Below, in pieces: positions 62,801 through 64,000 of a stretch of 64,000 nt of DNA. The position numbers were made by a program, and so were the translations under genes. The stretch lies in NCBI GenBank assembly GCA_947385425.1, contig CANDKY010000004.1:10527-74526 (forward strand). Reading direction: 5' to 3'. Under the pieces are notes generated by a model. That model was not told the origin of the DNA. It ran no database searches and worked only from the letters and a program-made list of their open reading frames with translations. The stretch's first letter is position 1. Every line of letters starts with the position of its first letter. Origin of the DNA: an uncultured Lachnospiraceae bacterium. GTDB taxonomy: Bacteria > Bacillota > Clostridia > Lachnospirales > Lachnospiraceae.

Positions 62801-63633
62801 TAAGATTGGGTGAGAAACAGGATTTGAAAGTGGTAAAGACGGTGGATTTCGGAGTATATCTTTCGGAAGACAAGGAGGGGGAAGAGGATAAGGTGCTGCT
62901 CCCCCGCAGGCAGGTGCCGGAAGGGACGAAGGCGGGCGATGTGCTGCATGTTTTCGTTTACAGGGATTCAAAGGACAGGCCGATCGCTACAACGAATGAA
63001 GTGAAACTGACGTTAGGGGAAATTGCTTTGCTGAGGGTTTCACAGGTCGGAAAAATCGGTGCATTTCTGGATTGGGGGCTGGAAAAGGATCTGTTTCTTC
63101 CGTTTCGTGAGCAGACGAAGCCGGTGCAGGCAGGGGACGAATGTCTTGCGGCGCTTTATATTGATAAGAGTAACCGGTTATGTGCCACAATGAAGCTGTA
63201 TCCTTATTTGGATACTGCCGGCAATTATCAAAAGGATGACAGGGTGACAGGGCGTGTGTATGAGATCAGCCGGAATTTCGGTGCTTTTGTGGCAGTGGAT
63301 GATCGATATTCAGGTTTAATACCGGTAAAGGAAATGTATGGTAGGATCGAGGTCGGCGATATTGTTGCGGCGAGGGTGACGGCTGTGAAGGAGGACGGCA
63401 AGCTGGATCTCAGTATACGGGAAAAGGCTTATCTGCAGATGGAAAAGGATGCGGAGAAAGTTTTGGATATTATGAAAGGTTATGACGGAGTGCTCCCTTT
63501 CAGTGATAAGGCATCGCCGGAAACGATTAAGCGGGAGATGCAGATGAGTAAGAACGAATTTAAGCGTGCAGTAGGGCAGTTACTTAAGAAGAATAAAATT
63601 GTAATTGGGGAGAACACGATTCGGCTGAAGTAG
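62797..63633 (+). CDS. cvfB: CvfB-family S1-like RNA-binding protein
   Basis: Repeated S1-like modules ('VDFGVYL', 'GAFLDWGLEKDLFLP', 'FGAFVAVD') and a C-terminal winged helix. ATGA overlap with the upstream gene. Confidence 0.88.
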   Translation: MIRLGEKQDLKVVKTVDFGVYLSEDKEGEEDKVLLPRRQVPEGTKAGDVLHVFVYRDSKDRPIATTNEVKLTLGEIALLRVSQVGKIGAFLDWGLEKDLFLPFREQTKPVQAGDECLAALYIDKSNRLCATMKLYPYLDTAGNYQKDDRVTGRVYEISRNFGAFVAVDDRYSGLIPVKEMYGRIEVGDIVAARVTAVKEDGKLDLSIREKAYLQMEKDAEKVLDIMKGYDGVLPFSDKASPETIKREMQMSKNEFKRAVGQLLKKNKIVIGENTIRLK

Positions 63634-63657
63634 GATATAGAGGTGTTGAGTATACGG

Positions 63658-64000
63658 ATGAACAGTAAAAAGGTAAATTGGATTTTCTTATCGATAATAT
63701 TGCTGCATTTTGCGTTAGTGGCATTGATTACCGTGTTGGGGCTTAAATATGGGTATACGTTGGATATTGTTCCGAATTTTATATTGAGCCAGAGTATTTT
63801 ATTTGTGCCGGCGCTCCTGGGGGTGTTTCTTTCAGGGGAAAATTTGTTCCGGCTTGTTGGGCTGCGTAAAATGAAAGTATCTTCTTTTTTCAAGGTATGT
63901 CTTTTTACGTTCCTGTCTATGCCGCTTACGACATTGATTAATATGATATCCATGCTGTTTGTGGATAATACGGTGGCGGCGATAAGCGGGGAGGTGCTTG
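63658..64000 (+). CDS. N-terminal part of a polytopic membrane protein, possibly a CPBP (CAAX) intramembrane protease; runs off the window
   Basis: The frame is open from the ATG at 63658 to the window end. The translation is 'MNSKKVNWIFLSIILLHFALVALITVLG...'. It is absent from the ORF track because no stop is reached. Confidence 0.45.
   Translation, partial: MNSKKVNWIFLSIILLHFALVALITVLGLKYGYTLDIVPNFILSQSILFVPALLGVFLSGENLFRLVGLRKMKVSSFFKVCLFTFLSMPLTTLINMISMLFVDNTVAAISGEVL

Overview
This window looks like a chromosomal segment of a Gram-positive anaerobe, most likely Clostridia/Lachnospiraceae. That guess rests on the gene families present: split transketolase, SEC-C MetAP, DUF1002, DUF4080 radical SAM and a YesL/MsmX pair. 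G+C looks roughly one half by eye. I support about 55 protein-coding genes, mostly housekeeping or metabolic. They include: araC-galK-galT; mutS2; tktN-tktC-rpe; map; metG; ldhA; a panG-like gene followed by panB-panC-panD; an ECF sigma/anti-sigma pair; a two-component system; an Lsa-type ABC-F gene; a MATE exporter; and a cell-envelope glycan cluster (GH-like protein, GT2, GT-C, oxidoreductase, TIM-barrel/GNAT fusion). I found no rRNA or tRNA genes, no intact mobile element and no bona fide CRISPR array. The most unusual content is non-coding. (1) There are three families of structured intergenic repeats, and their stems differ between copies by paired (compensatory) substitutions. (2) A 1.07-kb ORF-free region lies upstream of metG. 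It ends in a textbook T-box antiterminator/terminator and is followed by a roughly 90-nt polypurine leader. (3) The ABC-F gene has a promoter, a 6-codon leader ORF and an intrinsic terminator upstream of it. A visibly AT-rich islet at 58.6-60.3 kb carries a hemerythrin, a DinJ/RelB antitoxin beside a decayed toxin remnant, and a Cys-rich orphan protein. All homology statements come from my own recognition of motifs in the translations. No searches or computations were run.
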